From Nemertoderma westbladi (lineage: Eukaryota > Animalia > Xenacoelomorpha): a stretch of 48,134 bases of DNA. The position numbers and the translations under genes were made by a program. Below, piece by piece: positions 37,260 through 48,134 of the stretch. The notes under the pieces are model-generated. The model had not been told where the DNA came from. It did no database searches and was given only the letters and a program-made list of their open reading frames with translations. Numbering within the stretch: position 1 is the first letter of the stretch; each line of letters begins with the position of its first letter. The stretch covers positions 1-48,134 of the forward strand of contig JAUCBJ010002798.1 in assembly GCA_032718475.1 (NCBI GenBank), given 5' to 3'.

Positions 37260-38758
37260 GAACAAGGAATAGTCGGTTCTAGCCCTGAGGATGTCGCTGA
37301 TTTCTTCCATTGCGCCACTGACAAACTCGACAAGGCTATTGTCGGCGACTTTATGGGCGACAACGAGCCCTACAACAAGGAAGTCATGTACGCATACATC
37401 GATCAGATGGACTTCGGAGCCATCGATATCGTGTCGGCGCTGCGTAAATTCCTGGACGGATTCCGACTGCCTGGGGAGGCCCAGAAAATCGATAGATTTA
37501 TGGAGAAGTTTGCGGGCCGGTACTGCGAGACCAACCCTAATCTCGGGCTCTTCGCCTCCGCTGACACCGCCTATGTCCTCTCCTACTCCATCATCATGCT
37601 CACCACCGACCTGCACAGCGCCAACGTCCGCTACAAGATGACCAAAGAGCAGTACATCAGGATGAATCGCGGGATTAACGACTCCAAGGATCTCCCGGAG
37701 GAGTACCTGAGCGCGATATACGATGAGATAGCCGGGAGCGAGATAAAGATGCGGTTGTCGTCGCACCTCGGCGGCAAGTACAAGCAACCGAGGGACGGGG
37801 CTCTCTGGAGCGAGAAACGGAAGAAGTTGTTGTTTAACGTCGAGTCCGAGATGCTGGCCTCCACCGCCAAGGCGTTGATGGAAGCCGCGTCGCATGTAGT
37901 GAACGTTGAGTTCACCACCGGCACGCACGTGGAACACGCTCGTCCGATGTTCAAACTCGTGTGGACTCCGTTTCTCGCCGCCTTCAGCGTGGGGCTACAG
38001 GACTGCGACGACGCCGACATCGCCTCGTTGTGTCTCGAGGGAATCCGCTCTGCGGTTCGAATCGCTTGTATATTCCGCATGGAGTTAGAACGCGACGCTT
38101 TTATCCAGGCGATGGCGCGTTTTACGTTGTTAACCGCGACCAGCGGGATAACCGAAATGAAATCAAAAAATATAGACACAATAAAAACTCTAATAACCGT
38201 GGCGCATACCGACGGGAACTACTTAGGAGCCGCGTGGCACGAGATATTGAAGTGCACCTCCCAGTTGGAACTCGCGCAGATGATTGGGACCGGCGTCAAG
38301 GCGCGGTATCTGTTCAACACGCGTAGCGCCTCTAGCGGCGGGGTCACCCCCTCCGTGGATCAATGGAACGACCTGCTGGGCACGGGGGCCGACGACCGGC
38401 TCTTTATGGATCCAAAACGGATCAATATGATTCAGGAGTCGATGGGAGAGACGAGTTCCCAGTCGATCGTGGTCGCCGTGGATCGCGTCTTCACGGGGTC
38501 CACCCATCTCGATGGTGACGCCATCGTCGACTTCGTCAAGGCGCTGACCTTCGTCTCGATGGAGGAGTTACAGAACCCGGTACATCCCCGGATGTTCTCC
38601 CTGCAGAAGATCGTCGAGATCTCCTACTACAACATGGGCCGGATCCGGTTGCAATGGAGTCGGATCTGGGCCGTCCTCGGGGAGCACTTTAACCGAGTTG
38701 GCTGTATCCCCAACGAGGACGTCGCCGTATTCGCTATCGATTCCCTCAGACAACTCAG
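37260..38758 (+). CDS. ARFGEF1: ARF-GEF exon 2: Sec7 catalytic domain and following HDS region
   Basis: cttttag| acceptor restores YLQ|EQG. Contains [18 protein letters not shown] (glutamate finger) and [17 protein letters not shown]|gttagt donor, phase 0-2. Confidence 0.95.
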
Positions 38759-38937
38759 GTTAGTCTATAAACTCATTGATAAATTTATTTGACCACCAAA
38801 CTAAAACTTTCTACTAACTAAAACCCCAATGTGTTACAGACAAAGACTAATTGTTTTATATTTTCGAAATAAAGTATTAAAAATGTATTTATTAACGATG
38901 TAATTTATATAACTTAAAATTTATTATTAACTTTCAG

Positions 38938-40729
38938 TATGAAGTTTCTCGAGAAGGGCGAACTGCCCAACTTCCGATTCCAGAAGGATTTCCTTCGGCC
39001 TTTCGAGGTCATCATGAGTAAGAACCGCAACATCGTGATCCGGGATATGGTAGTCCGCTGCGTCGCGCAGATGGTCAACTCCCAGTCCCACAACATCAAA
39101 TCCGGGTGGAAGAACATCTTCAGCGTGTTCCACATGGCGGCCAGCGACCACGAGGAGAACGTTGTGGAGATGGCCTTCCAAACCGCGGGAAAAATCGTGA
39201 CCACCGTTTACGAGCGGAACTTTAACGCGTCCATCGACTCGTTCCAGGACGCGGTTAAGTGTCTCAGCGAGTTCGCGTGTAACTCCCAGTTCCCGGACAC
39301 GAGCATGGAGGCGATCCGGCTGATCCGGCACTGCGCGCGGTACGTGAGCGAGCGTCCGCAGGCCTTCTCGGAGCACGCGATGGACGAGTTCCATATCGCG
39401 GAGGAGGACCGCGCCTGGGTCCGGGGCTGGTTCCCCGTGCTGTTCGAGTTGAGTTGCATCATCAACCGCTGTAAACTCGATGTGCGAACGCGCGCGCTCA
39501 CTGTGCTATTCGAGATTATCAAGTCGTACGGGCACATGTTCCGGCCCTCCTGGTGGGTCGACCTATTCCGCGTGGTTTTTAGAATTTTTGATAATCTGAA
39601 AGCGACGACTAGTATAGTTGAACCGGCTCGGGGTGAGTGGATGACGACTACCTGTAATCACGCTCTATACGCCATAGTCGATGTGTTCAATCAATATTTC
39701 GCGCAACTAAACGGTTTAATGCTGATCGACTTAATGGAACAGATATGCGCATGCGCGGGTTTGGACAACGAGCAGCTGGCGCGATCCGCGACGAACTGTC
39801 TCGAGAACCTCGTCGTGACTTCCGGGCCCAAGTTCTCCGAGTCGGATTGGACGTTGGTCTGCAACTCGGTGGTCGGGGTCTTCCGTTCGTCCACTCCGCA
39901 CGGTCTGCTGAGCTGGACGGCGACGGCGGGGGGTGGTCGCACAGACAGCCCCCCGGGGACTCCTCCGAGGTCGCCGCCCGCCCGGGAGGAGGAGTCCAGC
40001 CAACCCCCGTCGTCGCCTAATATAAACCGACCCAGCGTTCAGCTGTTCACGTCGCTTCTAATTAAATGCGTCGTCCAGTTAGAACTCATTCAGACTATCG
40101 ATAACATCGTATTCTTCCCTTCGGCTTCTAAGAAAGACGACCAAGAAATTCTTGTAGATGCGTTGCTAAGACAACGGTCTATATCGGAGGACCTTAAAGA
40201 CGAAGGGATGTACAACTACATGTCTACCGAGCAGTTACTTTTATTAACGCAGTGTCTCGTTGAGAGTCATAGTTTCGCGAAGAGTTTCAACGCTAATAAC
40301 GAACAGCGGACTGCGTTGTGGAAGGCGGGATTCAAAGGGAAGTCGAAACCCCATCTGATGAAACAGGAGACGCAGTCGTTGGCCTGCGCCGTGCGGATTC
40401 TCTTCCGTGTCTCGCAGGACCCGCTGCGGGAACCCGATTGGCCGCTAGTAGAGCAGCAACTCTTGGGTTTGTGTCGCGAGGCCATCGGCTACTACGCGTC
40501 CATGCTCTCGGAAGGACATCGCGACGCGTGGACCTCCCTCATTCTACTCCTGCTGTCTCGAGTTCTCTACCTCGACTCCCAGAGATTCCGAACGCACATC
40601 GAGTTCTACTACGCAGACCTCTGCGAACTAATCTCCCTGGATAATAAAGCCGAGTTGCGGACTCTCATCTGTAAATTGTTCTACCGTATTGGTGCATGCC
40701 ACAACCTTATTGAAACTCATTCTAGCTAG
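38938..40729 (+). CDS. ARFGEF1: ARF-GEF exon 3: C-terminal HDS regions to stop
   Basis: ctttcag|T completes [16 protein letters not shown]. Contains '[13 protein letters not shown]' and '[11 protein letters not shown]'. Total CDS is 5100 nt = 1699 aa + stop. Confidence 0.95.
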
Positions 40730-40940
40730 TCAATAACTTCATTTATTATTTTTAGATATCTGATGACGGTAATTCCTTTGATGTGCTATTAATTAATAAG
40801 TGTAAGACTCAACTCTGAGTGGATGTGGCAACTTATTTCATTGACAAAACTCACTGCATTACAAATATTTAATATTACTGTCTTGTTATTTTTTGTGGGA
40901 ATTGAAAGGTTATAGTTTTGATAAAATACAATACAGTAGG

Positions 40941-42658
40941 TGAGGAGCATCGAGGGAAAAAAAGTATCCATTAAATTAGCGCTGAGGACGCATCGAGGGA
41001 AAAAAAGTATCCATTAAATTAGCGCTGAGGACGCATCGAGGGAAAAAAAGTATCCATTAAGTTAGCGCTGAGGACGCATCGAGGGAAAAAAGTATCCATT
41101 AAATTAGCGCTGAGGACGCATCGAGGGAAAAAAAGTATCCATTAAATTAGCGCTGAGGACGCATCGAGGGAAAAAAAGTATCCATTAAATTAGCGCTGAG
41201 GACGCATCGAGGGAAAAAAAGTATCCATTAAATTAGCGCTGGGGACGCATCGAGGGAAAAAAAGTATCCATTAAATTAGCGCTGAGGACGCATCGAGGGA
41301 AAAAAAGTATCCATTAAGTTAGCGCTGAGGATGCATTGAGGGAAAAAAGTATCCATTAAATTAGCGCTGAGGACGCATCGAGGGAAAAAAGTATCCATTA
41401 AATTAGCGCTGAGGACGCATCGAGGGAAAAAAAGTATCCATTAATTAGCGCTGAGGACGCATCGAGGGAAAAAAAGTATCCATTAAATTAGCGCTGAGGA
41501 CGCATCGAGGGAAAAAAAAGTATCCATTAAATTAGCGCTGAGGACGCATCGAGGGAAAAAAAGTATCCATTAATTAGCGCTGAGGACGCATCGAGGGAAA
41601 AAAAGTATCCATTAAATTAGCGCTGAGGACGCATCAAGGGAAAAAAAGTATCCATTAAATTAGCGCTGAGGATGCATCGAGGGAAAAAAAGTATCCATTA
41701 AATTAGCGCTGAGGACGCATCGAGGGAAAAAAAGTATCCATTAAATTAGCGCTGAGGACGCATCGAGGGAAAAAAAGTATCCATTAAATTAGCGCTGAGG
41801 ACGCATCGAGGGAAAAAAAGTATCCATTAAGTTAGCGCTGAGGACGCATCGAGGGAAAAAAAGTATCCATTAAATTAGCGCTGAGGACGCATCGAGGGAA
41901 AAAAAAAGTATCCATTAAATTAGCGCTGAGGACGCATCGAGGGAAAAAAGTATCCATTAAATTAGCGCTGAGGACGCATCGAGGGAAAAAAAGTATCCAT
42001 TAATTAGCGCTGAGGACGCATCGAGGGAAAAAAAGTATCCATTAAATTAGCGCTGAGGACGCATCGAGGGAAAAAAAAAGTATCCATTAAATTAGCGCTG
42101 AGGACGCATCGAGGGAAAAAAGTATCCATTAAATTAGCGCTGAGGACGCATCGAGGGAAAAAAAGTATCCATTAATTAGCGCTGAGGACGCATCGAGGGA
42201 AAAAAAGTATCCATTAAATTAGCGCTGAGGACGCATCGAGGGAAAAAAAGTATCCATTAAATTAGTGCTGAGGACGCATCGAGGGAAAAAAAGTATCCAT
42301 TAAATTAGCGCTGAGGACGCATCGAGGGAAAAAAAGTATCCATTAAGTTAGCGCTGAGGACGCATCGAGGGAAAAAAAAGTATCCATTAAATTAGCGCTG
42401 AGGACGCATCGAGGGAAAAAAAGTATCCATTAAATTAGCGCTGAGGACGCATCGAGGGAAAAAAAAGTATCCATTAAATTAGCGCTGAGGACGCATCGAG
42501 GGAAAAAAAGTATCCATTAAATTAGCGCTGAGGATGCATCGAGGGAAAAAAAAGTATCCATTAAATTAGCGCTGAGGACGCATCGAGGGAAAAAAAGTAT
42601 CCATTAAATTAGCGCTGAGGATGCATCGAGGGAAAAAAAGTATCCATTAAATTAGCGC
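40941..42658. repeat. Tandem array of ~40 x ~43-bp units CATCGAGGG(A)nGTATCCATTAAATTAGCGCTGAGGACG
   Basis: Directly visible. Variation is mainly in A-run length. Starts ~210 bp after the ARF-GEF stop. Confidence 0.95.
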
Positions 42659-43736
42659 AACCGCCATTCTATAGTGATAATGTTAAGGAAATATAATATA
42701 GTCATGAAATTTGTTCTTTATTTATTATTTAAAAATTGATTGTTATTTAAATTTAATATTTTACTCGGTCAATAAACCTAATTAATAATCAAATTAAATT
42801 TATTTTATAGAGTTTTGATATGCGTTATATATACCCTAAATTATACTTTACTTCACTGAATAATAATTAGTGGGGCTATAAATGGATTACTTTATTTCAC
42901 TTTGGATTCTTTTACTTTACTCTGTCTCTATCGGTTTTGTGCATTAAGTCTCTGTTATATCTCTTCATGTTTAATATTTATTGTTATTTAAGTTATTAAT
43001 TATTAAATAATAAATTATAATTACATTATTAATAATTTATCATTAGTATTATATTTCTGAGATTAAACTAAGTCCTATCTATAAAGTTTACTAAGTCATT
43101 AATCTATCACTCGGTGACCATAGCTAGACAGAGAAACACCCACCAAAAGTGTGGTCTCGAGAAAAACTCTAAAATAAACAACAATTGGCGAGTCTGTTAT
43201 TTTGTCTGAATTTTTTTCTCTAAACTAAAGATCTTTGCTACCTTATTTGGGATAAGGGGGTAGCCTCTTAATAGTATTTAACCTTTATCTATCTCTGATG
43301 TGCGTTGTTCGAATCTAGAATTACGTTATCTCAGAGAATGACTCAACAATAATACAGATGACCCTCAAAGCCCTTAAAAGAGTTGTACTGTTGGTGAAAA
43401 CTGTTAATTTATTTTGTTGTTCTGGGTAACTATGGTGATGATTTATTAGTGACAAATGATAATATGTATGTAATGTATTTAGAGACAAAATGTTTTTGTT
43501 CACATTAAATGCGGAGTCTCGGCTGTAGACTGTATTCTCATACGACTTATCTCTAAGTCTAAGTCATAATCTAAGCAATTTATGTTTATTAAAATTGTGA
43601 TTATTTGTGCTATTCAAATAGCTTAACCAGTTTATTATGACTTAGGGTTTTGACGCCGTTAATTAGAGATTAATTGAATGAAACCTTACAAACTACGGTA
43701 ACCAAAATAAATTCGATTACTGTTTCTCTTAATTAA

Positions 43737-44447
43737 GGGGGAGGTACACCATTTTCGGACAACTCTTCGATTTATCACTCTCAGCGTTTCAAAATTGTTT
43801 GGTTTTGGCTAAAATTTGGCATATAGATGCCTAAGATGCTATTCTACATGACAGGTCAGAAAATTTTTTTTTTTCGCTATTTAATATTAGTTAATACTAG
43901 TTAACAACAAAAAAAACTTGGTTGCGCTTTAAACCCTAAGGCTTTTATAGTTTTGAACCTAATCACATGAAAGTTTTTTTATATGATAGATCAAAGATGG
44001 GGCAACATAACTATCAGGCGAAATTTTGTTAAAATAATTCTGCACCGCTAGGTGGCGCTGCAAATTTATGCAAATTTTTAGGTTTTTTATAAATAGTATT
44101 AAATTTTATTAACAAAAAATTTCGAAAAGTTGTCTGATACTTTTATGCAGGGTGGCTATCTAGACACCCACAGGAAGTCTCAGACAAATTACTCAAAAAT
44201 TGTAGAAGTAGTAGGGTTTTGAAGTTGACAATTTCATGAAAAAAATATTTGGAGATAATCGACCTTTCATTATACATAGTAATAGTAATTTCAATAGGAT
44301 TCCCTAAATTAAAATGTAGATAACATGAAAACTAAAAGAGCTATTACATAGCGGTTTTCAGATTTGTAAACACCATTCAATGGTGCATTATAATAGACCA
44401 TAAAAAAAATTTCGACATATTTTGGACCAAAATGGTGTACCCCCCCC
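43737..44447. mobile_element. Complete MITE with TTAA TSD, Kolobok-like
   Basis: TTAA|GGGGGAGGTACACCATTTT ... AAAATGGTGTACCCCCCCC|TTAA. Non-coding interior. Confidence 0.85.
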
Positions 44448-45103
44448 TTAATTAGAAAATAAATATATAATTTTAGCCAATACCATCAATAAATTATTAT
44501 AGCTGTTAAATGTGACGACTAACGCAATAGTATGTTATTAATAACTTTACACCATCTCCCTTAATACAACAACCATTTTTAGGTGATCGAAGGAGGAATT
44601 TTGGTATGATGATAGTTCGACAACTTTTCTTGCTTGGCAGAGCCGGATTTTTCTTTTCTGAGCCATTGTGATACAACAAATCGTTAAAAATCGTATATTT
44701 GGCAATATTTAGCCCCTGTATATTAATCATGAAATATTTGTTGAAATATTTCGATGGAATATTTTTTCCTGTCGATTACATATTCACCAGATACAGCAGA
44801 AGAGCTCAGTTTAAGGCTAGGTAAATGCTATAGCACAGGCATACCGTACCTAAACTGCTAGGCTAGTGGCTGACTGGGTGAGCACCAAACTGAAAGTTTT
44901 TAGATACGGTCTACTGGACATGTTTGAAGAGACAATTTTGTTGTCACTTTTTTTTTAAACACATAATTTAAGGATGGCCCCAACTAAATTCATGGTATGT
45001 GTCCCAAACGAATAAAACCTATCGTGCGTTTAGTTGGAAGGATATTAACTTTTTACTTTTTTAGCAACTCGTAATATTTAGTTATTGTTTTTTAATGTTT
45101 CAG

Positions 45104-45218
45104 TTTTCGGTTGATAATTTGGAATCGGCAACCAATTATTCTTTTTCCCTGCAAGCTTTCTCGAGGACTGGAAAGAGCGAACTGAGTAAACCCGTGGTTG
45201 CATCAACTTTAACATCTG
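45104..45218 (+). CDS. LAR-like Ig/FN3 receptor, exon H (FN3-3 second half)
   Basis: tgtttcag| acceptor, G|gttagt donor, phase 0-1. Encodes FSVDNLESATNYSFSLQAFSRTGKSELSKPVVASTLTS, which completes the FN3 begun in exon G. Confidence 0.8.
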
Positions 45219-45363
45219 GTTAGTTTGTGAATAATAAGTGAATAATTACAGATAGGCTATTATTTATTAAAGATTTCATACAAGACGTCCGACTGACCGG
45301 GGGGTGGGGGGGGGGGGGGGGGGGACAAACACAGTGAGACTTGGCCACCAACAAACTGAGTTA

Positions 45364-45942
45364 GGGGGGGGGGGGGTACACCATTTCGGACAACTCATCG
45401 ATTTATCAATCAGCGATTTAAAATTGTTTGGTTTTGTCTATAATTTGGAATTTAGGTACCTAAGATGCTATTCTACATGACAGGTCAGAAAAAAATTATT
45501 TTTCGCTATTTAATATTAGTTAATACTAGTTAACTTTTAAGTTAACTTAGTTGCGCTTAAAACCCTTAAAACCCTTTTACGGTTTTGAATCTAATCACAT
45601 GAACGTTTGTTTACAAGATAGATCAAAGATGGGGCAACATAACTATCAGGCGAAATTTTGTGAAAATAATTCTTCACCGCTAGGTGGCGCTGCAAATTTA
45701 TGCTAAATTGTTAGGTTTGTTATAAATAGTATTAAATTTTATTAACAAAAAAATTCGAAAAGTTGTCTGATACTTTTATGCAGTGTGGCTATCTAGACAC
45801 CCTCAGAAATGTTTAGAATGCTGAAAAATTTTAGAAATTTGCAGTTGACAATTTCATAAAAAATATTTGGAGATAATCGGCCTTTCATTATACATTGTAA
45901 TAGTAATTTCAATAGGACTCCCTAAATTAAAATTGTTATAAC
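45364..45942. mobile_element. Second copy of the 43737-44447 MITE, interrupted by an RTE insertion
   Basis: Colinear, same orientation, high similarity to ~43737-44323. Stops at ...ATAAC where the RTE tail begins. Confidence 0.85.
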
Positions 45943-48134
45943 TTACTACTACTAGGTCGAGCGAACTCGGACAGTGGAAATGAGATCCTTCCAGGCTTCC
46001 CGATTCTCCATAGTTGTCGCAATTTCGTTTCTCCCAAGTTCAGTATCCCTTTCAAGTTGATCTATATATGTTATGGCAGGTCGTCCACGACTACGCTTTC
46101 CATGAGTTGGTTGCCAGAGAAGTAGATCTGGTATGACCTCGTCTTTACTTCGCCAGCAGTGCCCACTGAATCTTAATCTGCGTTCACGGAGGGTGGTTGA
46201 TACAGGTGGTATTGTACCATAAAGCTCGGCGTTTGTCATGTGTTGTCTCCAGCTGATGTTTAGGGCTGCCCTTAGTAGTCTTGTGTAGCAACCATCAATT
46301 CGTTGTTCAAGTGATTTAGTCAGTGTCCAGGTCTCACCCCCGTATAAAAATACACTTTCCACTGTGGCTCGAAAGAACTTGGTCTTCAGGTGCCTGGAGA
46401 GATCTGATTTCCAGATGGTATCCATTTTTGATAGAGCTACCCAAGCCTTTGCTTTCCTAACTTCTATGTCCTTTTTGCTACTCTCTATCCATGATCCAAG
46501 GTACTGGAAGTCATCGACCTGCCTTAGTTGATTATTATCAATGGTTGTCAAGTTTCCATCAACATTAAAGGTCATGAATTCGGTCTTGGTAGCATTTATA
46601 TGCAATCCAACCTCCTTAGCAGCCCTCTCCACTTTATTTAGTAGAAGCTGTGCATCTGCTAGCGTATTAGAGAGCAGGGCGATGTCATCCGCAAAGTCGG
46701 TGTCTGTGACTGTAGTTGCCGGATATCTACTACTTCTGCGTTCTTGAAGTGTGAATCCCAGATCTTCACCCTTTGTGGCCGTCCTCATTGCGTAATCCAG
46801 CACAATTACAAATAGTAATGGTGCTAATGTGTCACCTTGCAGTACGCCAGCCAGGATTGAGAAAAACTCAGTTTCACCATCTGGTGAGAGTACCTGCGCT
46901 TCTGTGTCACAATATAGCAATCCAATGCCAGCAACAATTACTTCTGGTATTCCATAAGCTCTTAGGATTTCAAGCATTTTACCTCTATGGATGGAGTCGA
47001 ATGCCTTCTTGAAGTCCACAAAAGTCATGACTGCGGGGAGATTCTTTGACTTAATTCCTTCAATCAGTCTCCGTAGTGCAAGTATCTGAGCTATTGTTGA
47101 TCTACTTGGTCGAAATCCGTTTTGGCTCTTACGCAGTAGTTTCTCTATGTGAGGCCTAATCCTATATAGAATCATTTTATTGTATATTTTGGCAGCTACC
47201 ACAAGCAGACAGATCCCACGATAGTTTGTTGGTATGCCGAGGTCTCCTTTCTTGGGGAGAGGCTTTAGTTGACCTTTAGTCCAAATTGGTGGTGGCTTTT
47301 CCCCTTTTAACATCCGGTTGCAAACATTCAATAATGGTCTATTTAGCACTCCGGTTTTCCATACCTCCGCTGGGATTTCATCTAATCCACTCGCTTTATT
47401 ATTGGACATGCTTTTAATGCTTCTTTGGAGTTCGGCAGGTGTGAAGTCCCCTGTTTCTATAGGTAGTGTCTTGTCATATATTTTCCTTGTAGGGCTGACC
47501 TCGATGTTTGGTGGCTGCCCAAGCAAGTTGCTGAAGTGATTTTTCCACTTCCCAACACGTTCTTCAGGACTATCGGCTTTGAGGCGCCCCTTTGCACAAC
47601 TTTTCCGACCAGATACCTCATTTACAGTTTGCCAGGTAAGTCTTGATTGTTGCTGTATGTGAGCAGTTGTAATTGCTTCAGTTTTATCCTGTATGTACTT
47701 TTCCTGGCTGATGTTGTAGGCCAATTTAAGATCGTCCTTAGCTTTCTCAACCTTGTTAATGTTTTCGGTTGTTGGTTGTTCGGTTTTAACTTTGTAGGCT
47801 ATCTTAAGATCTTCTCTCTTACAAGTAACCTCAGAGTTTTGCCATGGCACATACTGTTTTCGTTTAGGTTTCTGGGGGATATGCCTCTTAGCTGATTCCT
47901 TGTGGGCTGTTATTATATTCTGGTATATTGAATCGGTGGATTGGTCTTCATCCATTGACTGAAGTGCTTCAAAGCGGTTTTGAACTTCTACTGTATAAGC
48001 ATCCTTTACAGCATTGTCAGTTCTGAGTTTCTCCCAGTCATAGTTGATTTGCTTGCTTGTCCTGGGTTTGCTGGCTCTCAAACTGAGTCTGATCTCTGCA
48101 GTCACAATTATTCTGTGGTCCGAACCAATTAGGT
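45943..48134 (-). mobile_element. RTE-clade LINE with uninterrupted ORF (APE end + RT), running off the window
   Basis: At least 717 aa open: 'KASGLDEIP', 'NYRGICL', 'QNGFR', 'FVDFKKAFDS', 'GVLQGDTLAP', 'DFADD', 'FQYLGS'. Upstream in-frame codons read LIGSDHRII (APE SDH motif). (TAG)n tail begins at the stop codon. Confidence 0.92.

Noticed and set aside
31834-40644. Antisense and alternate-frame ORFs overlapping the ARF-GEF exons
   Set aside because: Expected shadows of a GC-rich coding sequence, with no recognisable motifs.
44791-44820. 30-nt AG/GT-bounded candidate cassette exon upstream of exon H
   Set aside because: Contains TAA in the host frame and has no FN3 similarity. A poison exon cannot be excluded but there is no support.

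Overview
Animal (probably invertebrate) genomic DNA with AT-rich introns; there is no prokaryotic content. The window lies inside one large + strand gene. Eight phase-compatible GT-AG exons (4670-45218, 1257 nt) encode Ig-Ig-FN3-FN3-FN3, resembling the ectodomain of LAR-type receptor tyrosine phosphatases. At least two genes, probably three, are nested in its introns. ARPC2 (25459-26373) is antisense with an intronless CDS. A complete 3-exon BIG1/BIG2-type Sec7 ARF-GEF (31820-40729, 1699 aa) lies on the SAME strand as the host. A candidate 99-aa single-pass membrane protein (10266-10565) is antisense. The introns also hold six tandem arrays, RTE and CR1/L2-group LINEs, TTAA-flanked MITEs and a SINE. 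Two arrays begin exactly at an exon/intron junction and are tandem amplifications of the 5' splice site: 47 x 58 bp in the host gene, and about 110 x 21 bp carrying CAG|GTGAGT in the ARF-GEF gene, the first 15 units of which are in frame with the Sec7 domain. All gene models were read by eye, without RNA data or database searches.
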